Below, piece after piece: positions 9,167-19,521 of a DNA stretch of 35,655 nt. Position 1 is the stretch's first letter. Every line of letters begins with the position of its first letter. The DNA is taken from assembly GCA_964601845.1 (NCBI GenBank), contig CAZROX010000003.1, forward strand, positions 2,191 through 37,845, in the 5' to 3' direction. The notes beneath the pieces were generated by a model. That model saw nothing but the letters and a program-made list of their open reading frames with translations, ran no database searches and was not told where the DNA came from. The position numbers and the translations under genes were made by a program. Source of the stretch: an uncultured Halothiobacillaceae bacterium. GTDB taxonomy: Bacteria; Pseudomonadota; Gammaproteobacteria; CAZROX01.

Positions 9167-10810
9167 ATGACAAGAGAATCGATGCAGTTTGATGTGGTGG
9201 TGGTCGGAGCAGGGCCTGCTGGCTTGTCCTGCGCGTGCCGCTTGATGCAGCAGGCGAAGCAGGCGGGACGCGAGCTCAGTGTTGCCGTGCTAGAAAAAGG
9301 CTCCGAGGTAGGGGCGCACACATTATCGGGTGCTTTGGTTGATCCGATAGCACTCGCCGAGCTGTTCCCCGATTGGCGCGAGCAAGGGGCACCCCTGCAC
9401 ACGGCAGTGGCGCGCGATGAAGTACATTTATTGACCGGCGCCAAAAAAAATATTCGCATGCCCGGCTGGTTGGTTGCACCGAGTATGCGCAACCACGGTA
9501 ACTACATCGTCAGCCTGGGCAAGGTCGTGCGCTGGCTGGGTGAACGCGCGGAGGAGTTGGGTTGCGATGTCTTCCCCGGCTTTGCCGCTAGCGAGATTTT
9601 GTACGCGGAGGATGGTCGTGTTATGGGTGTCGCCACAGGCGACATGGGGCTTGATGCGACGGGGCAAAAAAAACCGACCTACGAGCCTGGCATTGAGCTG
9701 CACGCGCGCTACACGGTGTTTGCCGAGGGCAGTCGCGGGCATCTCGGCAAGCAGTTAATTGAAAAATTTTCGCTCGATCAGGGGCGCGCCGCGCAAAAAT
9801 ACGCCATCGGCATCAAGGAGCTTTGGCAGGTGGATGCCGCATCCCACAGCCCAGGTCTCGTGGTGCATGGCGCCGGCTGGCCGCTCTCACAGAGTGGCGC
9901 CTCGGGTGGTTTTTTCTTGTATCACCTAGAGGATCAGCTCATTTCTGTCGGTTTGGTGACCGATCTTAACTATAAAAATCCCTATTTGAGTCCGTTTGAT
10001 GAGTTTCAGCGCCTGAAGCACCATCCGGTGTTGGCGCGCCATTTGATGGGCGGCAAACGCATTGCCTATGGTGCGCGCGCGATTACCAAAGGTGGCATCA
10101 GTGCCCTGCCCGAGATGACGATGCCCGGTGCGCTGCTGATCGGTTGCGATGCCGGTACCTTAAACTTTGCCAAGTTGAAGGGAACCCACACAGCGATGAA
10201 ATCGGGCTTGCTGGCGGCCGAGTCTTTGTTTGAGGCCATTCAATCCGATGCCAGCTCGCCTGTGGTGGGGTACGCGGCGCAGTTTAAGAAATCGTGGCTA
10301 CACCGAGAGCTGAAGCGCTCGGGTAATTTTGGTGCGGCGATGCACAAGTTCGGCATGTTTTTTGGCGGTGCATTTAATTATTTTGAAGATGTTTTTTTTC
10401 GTCTGCCCTTTGCACTCAAAGAACGCTACGCGGACTATACCAGCCTGTCCGACAAGAGCCAGTGCCAGCCAATCGAGTACCCCAAGCCCGATGGGGTGTT
10501 GAGTTTTGATAAAAACTCATCGGTATTTTTGTCGGGCACCGCGCACGAGGAGAATCAACCGGTGCACCTGCAGCTGCGCGATGCGAGTATCCCGCTGTCG
10601 GTTAATTTGCCCAAGTGGGCCGAGCCGGCACAGCGTTATTGCCCGGCCGGTGTGTACGAGATCGTTGAGGATAGCGCCGGGGAGAAAGCATTTCAGATCA
10701 ATGCACAGAACTGTGTGCACTGCAAAACCTGCGATATAAAAGACCCGAGCCAAAATATCACTTGGGTGACCCCTGAGGGCGGTGGTGGCCCCAATTACAG
10801 CATGATGTGA
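9167..10810 (+). CDS. Electron-transfer flavoprotein:ubiquinone oxidoreductase (ETF-QO)
   Basis: FAD fold DVVVVGAGPAGLS; C-terminal [4Fe-4S] region CPAGVYE...NCVHCKTCDIKDP...W..PEGGGGP.Y. ATG 9167 has a GAGGA 8 nt upstream; the track start at 9152 is less likely. Confidence 0.9.
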   Translation: MTRESMQFDVVVVGAGPAGLSCACRLMQQAKQAGRELSVAVLEKGSEVGAHTLSGALVDPIALAELFPDWREQGAPLHTAVARDEVHLLTGAKKNIRMPGWLVAPSMRNHGNYIVSLGKVVRWLGERAEELGCDVFPGFAASEILYAEDGRVMGVATGDMGLDATGQKKPTYEPGIELHARYTVFAEGSRGHLGKQLIEKFSLDQGRAAQKYAIGIKELWQVDAASHSPGLVVHGAGWPLSQSGASGGFFLYHLEDQLISVGLVTDLNYKNPYLSPFDEFQRLKHHPVLARHLMGGKRIAYGARAITKGGISALPEMTMPGALLIGCDAGTLNFAKLKGTHTAMKSGLLAAESLFEAIQSDASSPVVGYAAQFKKSWLHRELKRSGNFGAAMHKFGMFFGGAFNYFEDVFFRLPFALKERYADYTSLSDKSQCQPIEYPKPDGVLSFDKNSSVFLSGTAHEENQPVHLQLRDASIPLSVNLPKWAEPAQRYCPAGVYEIVEDSAGEKAFQINAQNCVHCKTCDIKDPSQNITWVTPEGGGGPNYSMM

Positions 10811-10840
10811 GGGGCTGATCTGCCGACCCTAAGGCGCTGT

Positions 10841-11254
10841 CTATCTCGTCTGTTGCTGTAGGGATTTTTCGCGATCCCGATGGATTGCCTTCAGCTGGCG
10901 TTTTATTTGCTCATCCAAACCAGGTGTTTGCGGCGGCGGTTTTTTGCCCTGTTGGCTGCTCTTGGCACCTGTCTGGGACTTGGCTGGCAGAGGAATCGGC
11001 TCGATCACATTTTTATTGGGCTCTACCGTGATTTCGGTGACAGACTGGGCATCGTGTGGGGGGCTGTCGCCATAGTGCCAGACTTGATCTTCACCCTGCC
11101 ACTTGTAGGTGGTGTAGCGCGTATCTGGTATATGCAGCGGCGTGCTTTTCTCATCCGCACCAAAGTATTGCGTCACCTGCTTTTGCAAATCTGCCTGCCA
11201 AACGATCAACCCGATGACAACCATTAGCGTAGCGATGAGACCTATTATCTGCAT
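10841..11254 (-). CDS. DUF4124 domain membrane-anchored protein, low-complexity C-terminus
   Basis: N-terminal TM segment IIGLIATLMVVIGLIVW, then YKWQGEDQVWHYGDSPP, which matches the DUF4124 signature (Y.W.D..G..HY.D.PP), then a Pro/Gln/Lys-rich tail. Starts 3 nt after the AI-2E transporter stop. Confidence 0.6.
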   Translation of the reverse strand: MQIIGLIATLMVVIGLIVWQADLQKQVTQYFGADEKSTPLHIPDTRYTTYKWQGEDQVWHYGDSPPHDAQSVTEITVEPNKNVIEPIPLPAKSQTGAKSSQQGKKPPPQTPGLDEQIKRQLKAIHRDREKSLQQQTR

Positions 11255-11257
11255 AGG

Positions 11258-12301
11258 CTAGGCCTTGTCTTGCTCGTTGGGTTGTGGTGCGCTTGGGGCG
11301 GCTTCAGAGTCAAATAACTGGGCGATATACTTGGTGTCATCGTGGCTCTGGAGGGCAATTTTTATGGCGATAAGTATCGGCACGGATAGCAGCATCCCCA
11401 CAGTGCCAAGCAGCCAGCCCCAAAATACCAGCGCCAGGATCACAACCAGCGGCGACAGCCCCAGCCTTTTGCCATACAACATGGGCTCCAGCCCGTAGCC
11501 CACCACTAGATTGATACCGATATAGATCAGTACGGTCACCAACATGCCGTAGGGTCCAAGCTGTATCCAGGCGATGAGTATGGCGGGTACAGCGGCGATA
11601 ATAGAGCCAATATTGGGGATAAAATTGAGCAGGGCTGCCACCACGCCGAGTAGCAAGCTAAAGTCCAACCCGATCAACGATAAGCAGATGCCAGCCGACA
11701 GGCCTGTGACCCCACTGGATAGCGCTTTGATGGCAAAGTATTGCTGAATATCGTAGTAGATTTGTTTTAGGTGTGACAGGGTATTGTTGTTCCCACCACC
11801 GCTTAATTTGGCTGGCAGCGTCGCTGCCTCCAGCAGGATAAACAGGACGATGATCACGACCAGCAGGCTGTTCGTTAGGAGATTGCTCAGGCCCGATAGC
11901 ATGTTTGACACCAACTGTATCGACACCGAAGGGTCTAGGTACTGATAGTACTCGCCGAGCGAGATCGGTAGTCCATGGTCGGTGAGCCATTGGGATGCCT
12001 GATTGATCTGCTGCTCGAGCTGCGCGCGATAACTGGGGATATTTTGCGCGAACTCCTGCGAGGAGTTGCTAACCAGCGCGGCCAACAATAGCAGCCCACC
12101 GATCAAGATGACGCCGATCAGCGGCAAGGCCAGCAAGTGTGGCACGCCTCTTGCACTCAACCAATTGAGCGCTGGAATGGTGATGATGGCGATAAAGGCC
12201 GATAACATCAAGGGCACCACTATCTGGCGCGCGGCATAGATACCGGCAAAAATGATTACCAGGGCCGCGAGGGTGAGCAATATTTTGAGCATTTTGGACA
12301 T
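11258..12301 (-). CDS. AI-2E family (PerM/UPF0118) transporter
   Basis: 347-aa polytopic membrane protein whose layout and C-terminal region (GLSPLVVILALVFWGWLLGTVGMLLSVPI) are typical of the family. Confidence 0.8.
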   Translation of the reverse strand: MSKMLKILLTLAALVIIFAGIYAARQIVVPLMLSAFIAIITIPALNWLSARGVPHLLALPLIGVILIGGLLLLAALVSNSSQEFAQNIPSYRAQLEQQINQASQWLTDHGLPISLGEYYQYLDPSVSIQLVSNMLSGLSNLLTNSLLVVIIVLFILLEAATLPAKLSGGGNNNTLSHLKQIYYDIQQYFAIKALSSGVTGLSAGICLSLIGLDFSLLLGVVAALLNFIPNIGSIIAAVPAILIAWIQLGPYGMLVTVLIYIGINLVVGYGLEPMLYGKRLGLSPLVVILALVFWGWLLGTVGMLLSVPILIAIKIALQSHDDTKYIAQLFDSEAAPSAPQPNEQDKA

Positions 12302-12372
12302 AGGGTACCTTTATAGCAGTTTTTTATTTGTAGTTGTGGGTGCTCGGGTGAATTTTACAGCGTGACAGTGTA

Positions 12373-12418
12373 AAACCTGACTGAAATACTTTACTTTTAT
12401 TGGCGTGGTGATTAGAAT
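12373..12418 (+). promoter_or_regulatory. Candidate isc promoter (-35 TTTACT 12390-12395, 17-nt spacer, -10 TAGAAT 12413-12418) overlapped by a type-1 IscR box
   Basis: The 25-mer aaacctgactgaaatactttacttt (12373-12397) matches the published type-1 IscR consensus ATASYYGACTRWWWYAGTCRRSTAT at 20/25 positions by hand alignment. It overlaps the -35 box, as expected for autorepression. Confidence 0.4.
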
Positions 12419-12463
12419 GATCGCTAATATATTTTATATCGCATGGGCTGTGGTTTTTTTGGT

Positions 12464-12913
12464 ATGAAGCTATCCAGACGGGGGCGCTACGCAGTGACAG
12501 CTATGTTGGATATCTCGCTGCACGATGGGCAGGCGCCTGTTAAGCTTGCAGACATATCCCGACGTCAGTCTATACCCCTGGCCTATCTGGGGCAGTTGTT
12601 GGCGTGTCTGTGCGATCATGGATTGCTGGTCAGTGCCCGTGGTCGCTCTGGCGGGTATCATCTGGCATCGGCTATCGACGATGTGGATGTGCTGCAAATT
12701 ATTCGTGCGGTGGATGAAAAAACCGATGCCACACTCTGTGGGGGCGAGAAGAACTGCCGTGCAGGAGAACCCTGCCTAACCCACGATTTGTGGCATAGCC
12801 TCAGTCGTCAGACCGAGCAATTTCTCAATCGTATTTCACTGGCCGATCTGATACAAAGGCGCATTCCGCCGGTCGATGCAATTGCCATCACCAGAATGGA
12901 CTGTGTCAAATGA
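12464..12913 (+). CDS. iscR: Fe-S cluster assembly transcriptional regulator IscR (Rrf2 family)
   Basis: Starts MKLSRRGRYAVTAMLDISLH. Cluster ligands have the canonical spacing C-x5-C-x5-C-x2-H (CGGEKNCRAGEPCLTH). ATG 12464 is preferred over the track start at 12443 by homology of the N-terminus. Confidence 0.93.
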   Translation: MKLSRRGRYAVTAMLDISLHDGQAPVKLADISRRQSIPLAYLGQLLACLCDHGLLVSARGRSGGYHLASAIDDVDVLQIIRAVDEKTDATLCGGEKNCRAGEPCLTHDLWHSLSRQTEQFLNRISLADLIQRRIPPVDAIAITRMDCVK

Positions 12914-12946
12914 TTTTTCACACTTTACAGATAGCAGAATAAATTT

Positions 12947-14173
12947 ATGAGTAGCACACTAAATATACCCATCTATCTCGACTACTCGGCCACTACGCCG
13001 GTAGATGAGCGCGTCGCCAAAAAGATGATGGACTGCTTAACGTTGGACGGTAATTTCGGCAATCCAGCATCGCGCTCTCATGTATACGGCTGGACGGCGG
13101 AGTCGGCAATTGAGGAGGCACGCCAGCATGTGGCCAATCTGATCGGCGCCGACCCCCGTGAAATTGTCTGGACCTCTGGGGCCACCGAGTCGGACAATCT
13201 TGCCATCAAAGGGGTGGCACAGTTCCATCGCGATCGAGGCAAGCACATCATTACCATGAAAACCGAGCACAAGGCGGTGTTGGACACCTGCCGTCACCTA
13301 GAGGGTGAGGGGTTTGAGGTGACCTATCTAGATCCACAGCCAAATGGCCTGTTAGATTTAGATGTACTCAAAACAGCGCTACGCCCAGACACCATCCTCG
13401 TCTCCATCATGCATGTCAACAACGAGATCGGTGTGATACAAGATTTAGCCAGCATCGGTGCCTTGTGTCGTGAAAATCAGGTGTTGTTTCATGTGGATGC
13501 CGCCCAGAGCCCGGGCAAAGTGATGATCGATGTCGAGGCGATGCAGATTGATTTGTTGTCCCTGTGTGCACATAAAGCCTACGGCCCTAAGGGTATCGGT
13601 GCGCTCTATGTGCGACGCAAGCCGCGGGTGCGCATCACAGCGCAGATGCACGGTGGTGGTCACGAGCGCGGTATGCGCTCGGGCACGCTGGCGACGCATC
13701 AGATTGTGGGTATGGGCGAGGCGTTGCGCATCGCGCACGATGAGTACGAATTCGAAAATGCCAGAATCGCCAAGTTGCGCGATCGGTTGTGGGATGGCGT
13801 CAAGAACATGGAAGAGGTCTATCTCAATGGTGACGCAGAACAGCGTGTACCCGGCAACCTCAATGTGAGCTTTAATTTTGTCGAAGGCGAGAGCCTGATC
13901 ATGGCGATGAAAAACTTTGCCGTATCGAGTGGCTCTGCCTGTACCAGTGCCAGCCTTGAGCCATCGTATGTCTTGCGGGCGCTGGGGCGTAACGATGAGT
14001 TGGCGCACAGCTCTATTCGCTTTACCCTCGGTAGATTTACCACCGAGCAGGAGATCGACTTTACCATACAGGAGGTTCGCACAGCTGTAGAGCGTCTGCG
14101 CGAGCTCTCACCGTTGTGGGATATGTACAAGGCCGGTGTCGATTTGGATTCGGTCCAGTGGTCTGCTCATTAA
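12947..14173 (+). CDS. iscS: Cysteine desulfurase IscS
   Basis: PLP-lysine region [16 protein letters not shown], active-site loop SSGSACTS, and the conserved C-terminus [14 protein letters not shown]. Confidence 0.97.
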   Translation: MSSTLNIPIYLDYSATTPVDERVAKKMMDCLTLDGNFGNPASRSHVYGWTAESAIEEARQHVANLIGADPREIVWTSGATESDNLAIKGVAQFHRDRGKHIITMKTEHKAVLDTCRHLEGEGFEVTYLDPQPNGLLDLDVLKTALRPDTILVSIMHVNNEIGVIQDLASIGALCRENQVLFHVDAAQSPGKVMIDVEAMQIDLLSLCAHKAYGPKGIGALYVRRKPRVRITAQMHGGGHERGMRSGTLATHQIVGMGEALRIAHDEYEFENARIAKLRDRLWDGVKNMEEVYLNGDAEQRVPGNLNVSFNFVEGESLIMAMKNFAVSSGSACTSASLEPSYVLRALGRNDELAHSSIRFTLGRFTTEQEIDFTIQEVRTAVERLRELSPLWDMYKAGVDLDSVQWSAH

Positions 14174-14216
14174 TCATTTCTGTGCTGTATTTATTTTTTT
14201 TTGGAGGTAGTGCCTA

Positions 14217-14612
14217 ATGTCTTACAGTGACCGTGTACTCGATCATTACGAAAACCCACGCAATGTGGGTACATTTGATGAAAACGACCCAAATGTCGGC
14301 ACCGGCATGGTCGGTGCTCCCGCATGCGGCGATGTGATGCGTTTGCAGATTAAGGTCAACGAGCAGGGTGTCATCGAAGATGCCAAGTTTAAAACCTATG
14401 GCTGTGGCTCTGCCATCGCCTCATCGTCACTGTTGACCGAGTGGGTCAGGGGTCGCAGTCTCGAGCAGGCATCTGAGATTAAAAACAAAGATATCGCCGA
14501 GGAGCTGGCCTTGCCACCTGTGAAGATTCACTGCTCCGTGCTGGCGGAAGATGCCATCTCTGCGGCTATTGCAGATATCCAGAAAAAGCGCCAGCAGGCT
14601 GCTGGGAGCTAG
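14217..14612 (+). CDS. iscU: Fe-S cluster scaffold IscU
   Basis: MSYSDRVLDHYENPRNVG, GAPACGDVMRLQIKV, YGCGSAIASSS, LPPVKIHCSVLAEDA. GGAGG RBS upstream. Confidence 0.97.
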   Translation: MSYSDRVLDHYENPRNVGTFDENDPNVGTGMVGAPACGDVMRLQIKVNEQGVIEDAKFKTYGCGSAIASSSLLTEWVRGRSLEQASEIKNKDIAEELALPPVKIHCSVLAEDAISAAIADIQKKRQQAAGS

Positions 14613-14618
14613 TTCCCC

Positions 14619-14942
14619 ATGTCGATCAGATTGACAGAGAACGCAGTCGATCAGATGTCGCGCTATCTAGACAAGCGCGGCAGTGGGGTGGGCGTGCGCT
14701 TGGGTGTGCGCTCATCTGGTTGCTCTGGCATGGCCTATACCGTCGAGTTCGCCGATACGGTGAACGAGGCGGATGTGGTGTTCGAGGATCAGGGTATCCG
14801 GTTGGTGGTCGACCCAAAGCATTTGCTGTATCTCGATGGTAGCGAGCTCGACTTTGTGCGCGAGGGGCTAAATGAGGGATTTAAATTTAACAATCCTAAT
14901 ATGAAGGCTGAATGCGGCTGCGGCGAAAGCTTTACAATTTAA
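14619..14942 (+). CDS. iscA: Fe-S cluster insertion protein IscA
   Basis: 107 aa, with GCSGMAY and the C-terminal CGCGESF motif. Confidence 0.95.
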   Translation: MSIRLTENAVDQMSRYLDKRGSGVGVRLGVRSSGCSGMAYTVEFADTVNEADVVFEDQGIRLVVDPKHLLYLDGSELDFVREGLNEGFKFNNPNMKAECGCGESFTI

Positions 14943-14991
14943 CGCCTCGTATTCCTTTTATTAGATTTTCACCGACGTCTCGCCTTCAATT

Positions 14992-15516
14992 GTGGATTTC
15001 ACACAGAATTACTTTGCGTTATTTGGCATGGCGGCAGAGTTTGAACTCGATGCAAATGTCCTAAAGGCGCACTACCTGAAACTGCAAAAGCAGGCGCATC
15101 CCGATCGGTTTGTGGCCAGCGGTGCGCACGAGCGGCGCCTGTCTGTGCAATGGTCATCGCGTATTAACGATGCCTATCAGGTGCTTAAAAGCGATTTAAA
15201 GCGTGCGGTTTATTTGCTGCAATTGCAGGGCATCGACCCCGATTCAGAGCAGGACACCAAACTGAGTACACCATTTCTTATGCAGCAGATGACCTACCGC
15301 GAGCGCCTAGATCAGATGACATCCGACACAAAGCCCGATGATGCCCGCCCATTGCAAGATGAGCTGGGGGCGGAGGTGCACAGTCTGCGCACTCAGTTTT
15401 CCGACAAGCTGGGCTTGGCCGATTGGGAGGGCGCGCGCGATATCGTACGCCAATGGCAGTTTTTCGATAAATTGACCCGCGATCTGAGCCAAAAACTGGC
15501 AGGTATACAGGCGTAA
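14992..15516 (+). CDS. hscB: Co-chaperone HscB (J-domain)
   Basis: GTG start. NYFALFGM...[11 protein letters not shown]-domain with HPD. Positioned between iscA and hscA. Confidence 0.92.
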   Translation: MDFTQNYFALFGMAAEFELDANVLKAHYLKLQKQAHPDRFVASGAHERRLSVQWSSRINDAYQVLKSDLKRAVYLLQLQGIDPDSEQDTKLSTPFLMQQMTYRERLDQMTSDTKPDDARPLQDELGAEVHSLRTQFSDKLGLADWEGARDIVRQWQFFDKLTRDLSQKLAGIQA

Positions 15517-15520
15517 CCCC

Positions 15521-17368
15521 ATGGCACTGTTACAAATTGCAGAACCGGGCCAGAGCACCACGCCCCATAACAGACGCCTTGCGGTGGGGATTGATCTGGG
15601 CACCACCCATTCTGTGGTGGCCAGTGTGCTGAGCGGGGAGCCGCAGGTGTTGGGTGCTGCACAGGGTGCGCTCATGCCATCTGTCGTGCACTATCTGGCC
15701 GATGGGCAGAGATTAGTTGGCAGCGAGGCCTGTGAATATCTGGTGTCGGACCCGCACAATACCATTGCCTCTGCCAAGCGTTTGCTCGGTCGCAGCTACG
15801 AGGAGACCCGCGACTGGATGCTGCCCTATCGTTTGACTCAGCAGTCTAATTTGGCGTGTGTGCAGACCGATTACGCCAGTATTACCCCCATCGAGGTGTC
15901 ATCTCACATACTCCATGCACTCAAGCTGCGCGCGGAAGCTGCGCTCGGCGATCAGCTGCTCGGCGCTGTTATCACCGTGCCCGCTTATTTTGACGACGGG
16001 CAGCGACAAGCCACCAAGGAGGCGGCCAAACTAGCCGGGCTGCATGTGTTGCGCTTGCTCAACGAGCCGACTGCCGCTGCGCTGGCTTATGGATTGGATC
16101 GGGCAGATGCAGAGACGGTGGCGGTATTTGATTTGGGCGGCGGGACGTTTGATCTGTCTATCTTGCGCTTGGATAACGGTGTGTTTGAGGTGCTTGCCAC
16201 CGGCGGGGATACGCACCTTGGCGGCGATGATATGGATGTCCACCTAGCCCAAGCAATCGCCGATGCGCGAGGGCTGTCGGTCGCCGATGCGGGGACTTGG
16301 CAAGCACTATTGCTGCGCTCGCGCGAGGCCAAGCATGTACTGAGCACCCAAGAGCGGGCAGAGATCGACTTGTCCGACCTGGGCGTGGCGTCGTTTTCTG
16401 TGACACGCGAGCAGTTTGGCGCGATGATCGCACCGCTGTTGGCACGTATGCGTGCGCCCTGCCAAGGCGCGCTACGCGACTCCAATATCGAGGTCGCAGC
16501 GCTCGATGCCGTGGTGATGGTCGGTGGCGCAACGCGCGTGCCCCAAGTGCAGGCCTGGGCCGCTGATCTGTTTGGGCGTGAAGTGATGGCGGATATTGAC
16601 CCAGATACCGTGGTGGCATTGGGTGCTGCCATTCAGGCCGATATCCTCATCGGCAATCAGCGCGACGATGTTTTGTTGCTAGATGTAATCCCCCTGTCGC
16701 TGGGTGTTGAGGTGATGGGCGGACTAGTGGAAAAAATTATCCCGCGCAATACCACGATGCCGGTTGCACGGGCGCAAATTTTCACCACCTATCAGGATGG
16801 GCAGCGGGCGATGTCACTGCACATTGTGCAGGGCGAAAGAGAAATGGCGCAGGATTGTCGCTCTCTGGCACGGTTTGATATCTCGGGCTTGCGCCCCTGT
16901 GTGGCTGGCGCTGTGCGGGTGCAGGTGACCTTTCAGGTAGATGCCGACGGATTGCTCAATGTGACCGCCAATGAGCAGGGCACAGATGTGCAGGCCAGCG
17001 TGCATGTGAAACCCTCCTTTGGCCTGACCGAAGATGAAATGGCGCAGATGTTGCAAGCCTCCTATACCCACGCAGGAGAGGACAAAAAATTGCGCCAGTT
17101 ACAAGAACAGCGTACAGAGGCTCAGCGTGTCGTAGAATCGCTAGACGGTGCAATGGGGGTGGATGGCGAATCCCTGCTGCAGCCAGCTGAGATAGCGCTG
17201 ATTCAGCAGGCCCGTGCTAAGCTGCTCGCCTGTTGTGAGGGCGAGGATGCAGATGCCATCGTGCGCGCTATCGCCGATGTCGAGTTGAGTTGTGAGCCCT
17301 ACGTAAGCCGGCGTATGAACGCTGCCATTTCGCAGGCCCTCTCGGGCCATCATGTAGATGATTATTGA
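15521..17368 (+). CDS. hscA: Fe-S protein assembly chaperone HscA (Hsp70 family)
   Basis: [31 protein letters not shown] is near-identical in pattern to the enterobacterial HscA N-terminus. Hsp70 ATPase motifs are present throughout. Confidence 0.97.
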   Translation: MALLQIAEPGQSTTPHNRRLAVGIDLGTTHSVVASVLSGEPQVLGAAQGALMPSVVHYLADGQRLVGSEACEYLVSDPHNTIASAKRLLGRSYEETRDWMLPYRLTQQSNLACVQTDYASITPIEVSSHILHALKLRAEAALGDQLLGAVITVPAYFDDGQRQATKEAAKLAGLHVLRLLNEPTAAALAYGLDRADAETVAVFDLGGGTFDLSILRLDNGVFEVLATGGDTHLGGDDMDVHLAQAIADARGLSVADAGTWQALLLRSREAKHVLSTQERAEIDLSDLGVASFSVTREQFGAMIAPLLARMRAPCQGALRDSNIEVAALDAVVMVGGATRVPQVQAWAADLFGREVMADIDPDTVVALGAAIQADILIGNQRDDVLLLDVIPLSLGVEVMGGLVEKIIPRNTTMPVARAQIFTTYQDGQRAMSLHIVQGEREMAQDCRSLARFDISGLRPCVAGAVRVQVTFQVDADGLLNVTANEQGTDVQASVHVKPSFGLTEDEMAQMLQASYTHAGEDKKLRQLQEQRTEAQRVVESLDGAMGVDGESLLQPAEIALIQQARAKLLACCEGEDADAIVRAIADVELSCEPYVSRRMNAAISQALSGHHVDDY

Positions 17369-17373
17369 TTACT

Positions 17374-17712
17374 ATGCCAAAAATTACCGTACTTCCGCAA
17401 GCTGAGCTGTGTCCAGAGGGTGCAAGCTTTGATGTCGAGCCTGGGATATCTATCTGCGATGCACTCTTGCAAAATGGCGTTCATATCGAGCACGCCTGCG
17501 AAAAATCCTGTGCTTGTACCACCTGTCATGTCTATATTCGCACAGGCTACAATTCACTGGCCAGCCCCACAGAGGACGAGGACGACTACCTCGACAAGGC
17601 TTGGGCACTGGCGCCCGACTCTAGGCTGAGCTGTCAGGCGCAGGTGGCCAGTTGCGATCTGACGGTGGAAATTCCTAAATACACACTCAATATGGTCTCT
17701 GAGTCTGGTTGA
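17374..17712 (+). CDS. fdx: ISC-system [2Fe-2S] ferredoxin
   Basis: MPKITVLPQAELCPEG..., CEKSCACTTCHVY, SRLSCQA. ATG 17374 is preferred over the track TTG at 17365. Confidence 0.95.
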   Translation: MPKITVLPQAELCPEGASFDVEPGISICDALLQNGVHIEHACEKSCACTTCHVYIRTGYNSLASPTEDEDDYLDKAWALAPDSRLSCQAQVASCDLTVEIPKYTLNMVSESG

Positions 17713-17743
17713 ATATAATAGATAGTGCTGAGGAGGGCGTGCG

Positions 17744-17938
17744 ATGCAGTGGACAGATATACTAGAGATTGCGATTCAGCTCGATGAGGCGCATCCACAG
17801 GTCGATCCCCAGTACGTGCGCTTCACGGATTTGCGTGATTGGGTGTGTGCTCTGGAGGGATTTGAGGGGCAGGCATCGGGCTGTAGCGAGCGTATTTTGG
17901 AGGCGATTCAAGCGGCCTGGATCGATGAGCGAGACTGA
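17744..17938 (+). CDS. iscX: Fe-S assembly protein IscX
   Basis: 64 aa, WTD..EIA..L.EAHP.VDP..VRFTDL..WV..LE.F. Follows fdx, as in E. coli and Pseudomonas. Confidence 0.9.
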   Translation: MQWTDILEIAIQLDEAHPQVDPQYVRFTDLRDWVCALEGFEGQASGCSERILEAIQAAWIDERD

Positions 17939-17983
17939 GTGTTTTTAATGATGTTTAACAACGAATACGGAGTGTAAATTTTT

Positions 17984-18412
17984 GTGGCTATTGAACAGAC
18001 GTTATCTATTATCAAGCCCGATGCTGTGGCTAAGAATAAGATCGGTGCCATCGTGGATCGCTTGGAGAGTGCCGGGTTAAGTGTGGTGGCATCGCGGATG
18101 CTGCATCTGACAGAGATGCAGGCCAGAGAGTTTTATCTGGTGCACAAGAGCCGCCCCTTTTACGAAAGCCTGGTGCAGTTTATGACCTCTGGCCCTGTGG
18201 TGGTGCAGGTGTTAGCAGGCGAGGATGCCATAGCTTGCAATAGAAACATTATGGGGGCGACCAACCCCAAGGAAGCAGAGGCGGGCACTATTCGCGCCGA
18301 CTTTGCCAATAATGTCGAGGAGAATGCGGTGCACGGTTCCGACTCTGAGGAGACTGCACGCGAGGAGATCGCTTTCTTTTTTCCAGACGGAATTTGCACC
18401 AGAACCCGTTGA
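17984..18412 (+). CDS. ndk: Nucleoside-diphosphate kinase
   Basis: GTG start. [23 protein letters not shown] (active-site His), C-terminal FF...CTRTR. Confidence 0.96.
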   Translation: MAIEQTLSIIKPDAVAKNKIGAIVDRLESAGLSVVASRMLHLTEMQAREFYLVHKSRPFYESLVQFMTSGPVVVQVLAGEDAIACNRNIMGATNPKEAEAGTIRADFANNVEENAVHGSDSEETAREEIAFFFPDGICTRTR

Positions 18413-18414
18413 TA

Positions 18415-19521
18415 ATGTCTGTCGGCTGCCTAGAGAAAAAAAACAACCTGCTCGAATTTGATCAGCAGGAGCTGCGCACCTATATCGCAGCACTGGGCGA
18501 GAAGCCGTTTCGCGCCTCGCAGTTGATGCATTGGCTGTACAAGGGCGGCGAGACGGATATTATGCGCATGCACAATATCAAGCGCTCCTGCCAGCAGGTG
18601 CTATCGGAACACGCCGAGGTGCGCTTGCCAGAAGTGCAGTCCGTCTCGGTCGATCCCGATGGCACCCGCAAGTGGATGTTGCAGCTAGATGGCGGGGATA
18701 TCATCTCCTGTGTCTATATTCCAGAGCCCAAGCGTCGCACCCTGTGTATTTCAACCCAGGCCGGCTGCGCCCTGAACTGCTCTTTTTGTGCCACTGCGCG
18801 CGGTGGTTTTAGCCGCAATCTGACCACGGCAGAAATTATCGGCCAGCTGTACTTGGCCGATCTATTGCTCAGAGAGGCGCAGCAAGACCCGATCAGCAAT
18901 GTTGTGCTCATGGGCATGGGCGAGCCTTTGGCTAATTTTGATGCGGTGGTAAAAGCATTGCGCCTGATGGTGGATGACCATGCCTATGGGCTGAGCAAGC
19001 GGCGGGTGACGCTCAGCACCTCGGGCATCGTGCCTGCCATGTATCGGTTGTACGATGCGATCGACGTGTCCTTGGCGGTGTCGTTACATGCACCGAATAA
19101 TCATCTGCGCGATCAACTGGTACCCATCAATCGCAAGTATCCGCTGGCAGAACTGATGCAAGCTTGTCTGGCATACACCAAGATACAGCGCAAAGCACAG
19201 GTAACCTTTGAGTACGTGATGTTAGATGGTGTCAATGATCTGCCCGAGCACGCCCGCGAGCTGGTTAAGCTGGTGCGGGATATCCCCAGCAAAATCAACC
19301 TGATTCCGTTCAACACCTTCGACAGTGCGGGTTATCGCCGATCGAGCGACTTGGCTATTCAGCGCTTTAGTGAAATTTTGTTAAAATCGGGTCTGTTTGT
19401 CACGGTGCGTAAAACGCGTGGCCAAAAAATTGGCGCCGCCTGTGGTCAACTCACCGGTGTGCTGCAAGGGCGCATCAAGCGTGCGTTTCGAACGCCTGCA
19501 CAGGGAGTGAATGTGATATGA
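18415..19521 (+). CDS. rlmN: 23S rRNA/tRNA m2A methyltransferase RlmN (radical SAM)
   Basis: FRASQLMHWLY, radical-SAM motif CALNCSFCAT, GMGEPLAN, CGQL near the C-terminus. ATG 18415 lies 2 nt after the ndk stop. Confidence 0.95.
   Translation: MSVGCLEKKNNLLEFDQQELRTYIAALGEKPFRASQLMHWLYKGGETDIMRMHNIKRSCQQVLSEHAEVRLPEVQSVSVDPDGTRKWMLQLDGGDIISCVYIPEPKRRTLCISTQAGCALNCSFCATARGGFSRNLTTAEIIGQLYLADLLLREAQQDPISNVVLMGMGEPLANFDAVVKALRLMVDDHAYGLSKRRVTLSTSGIVPAMYRLYDAIDVSLAVSLHAPNNHLRDQLVPINRKYPLAELMQACLAYTKIQRKAQVTFEYVMLDGVNDLPEHARELVKLVRDIPSKINLIPFNTFDSAGYRRSSDLAIQRFSEILLKSGLFVTVRKTRGQKIGAACGQLTGVLQGRIKRAFRTPAQGVNVI

Noticed and set aside
9443-9450. A8 homopolymer tracts inside coding sequence (9443-9450 and 9666-9673 in ETF-QO, 25856-25863 in pilD), considered as phase-variation switches.
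   Set aside because: The tracts are short, lie in housekeeping genes and encode in-frame Lys residues that fit the homologous sequence. There is no evidence of frameshifted copies.
10880-11227. 115-aa plus-strand ORF opposite the DUF4124 gene.
   Set aside because: The minus-strand frame has a TM anchor, the DUF4124 motif, an ATG start and tight coupling to the upstream transporter gene. The plus-strand ORF has none of these.
13445-14008. 187-aa antisense ORF inside iscS. Similar long antisense or out-of-frame ORFs occur inside hscA (16087-16632, 16158-16619), the fdh genes (for example 6279-6677, 6873-7226), the folD/ETF-QO junction (9040-9492), lolD (33038-33463) and comEC.
   Set aside because: They lie opposite or out of frame to genes with unambiguous full-length homology. 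They are Arg/Ala/Pro-rich, as expected for shadow frames in GC-rich coding DNA, and have no recognisable motifs or RBS.
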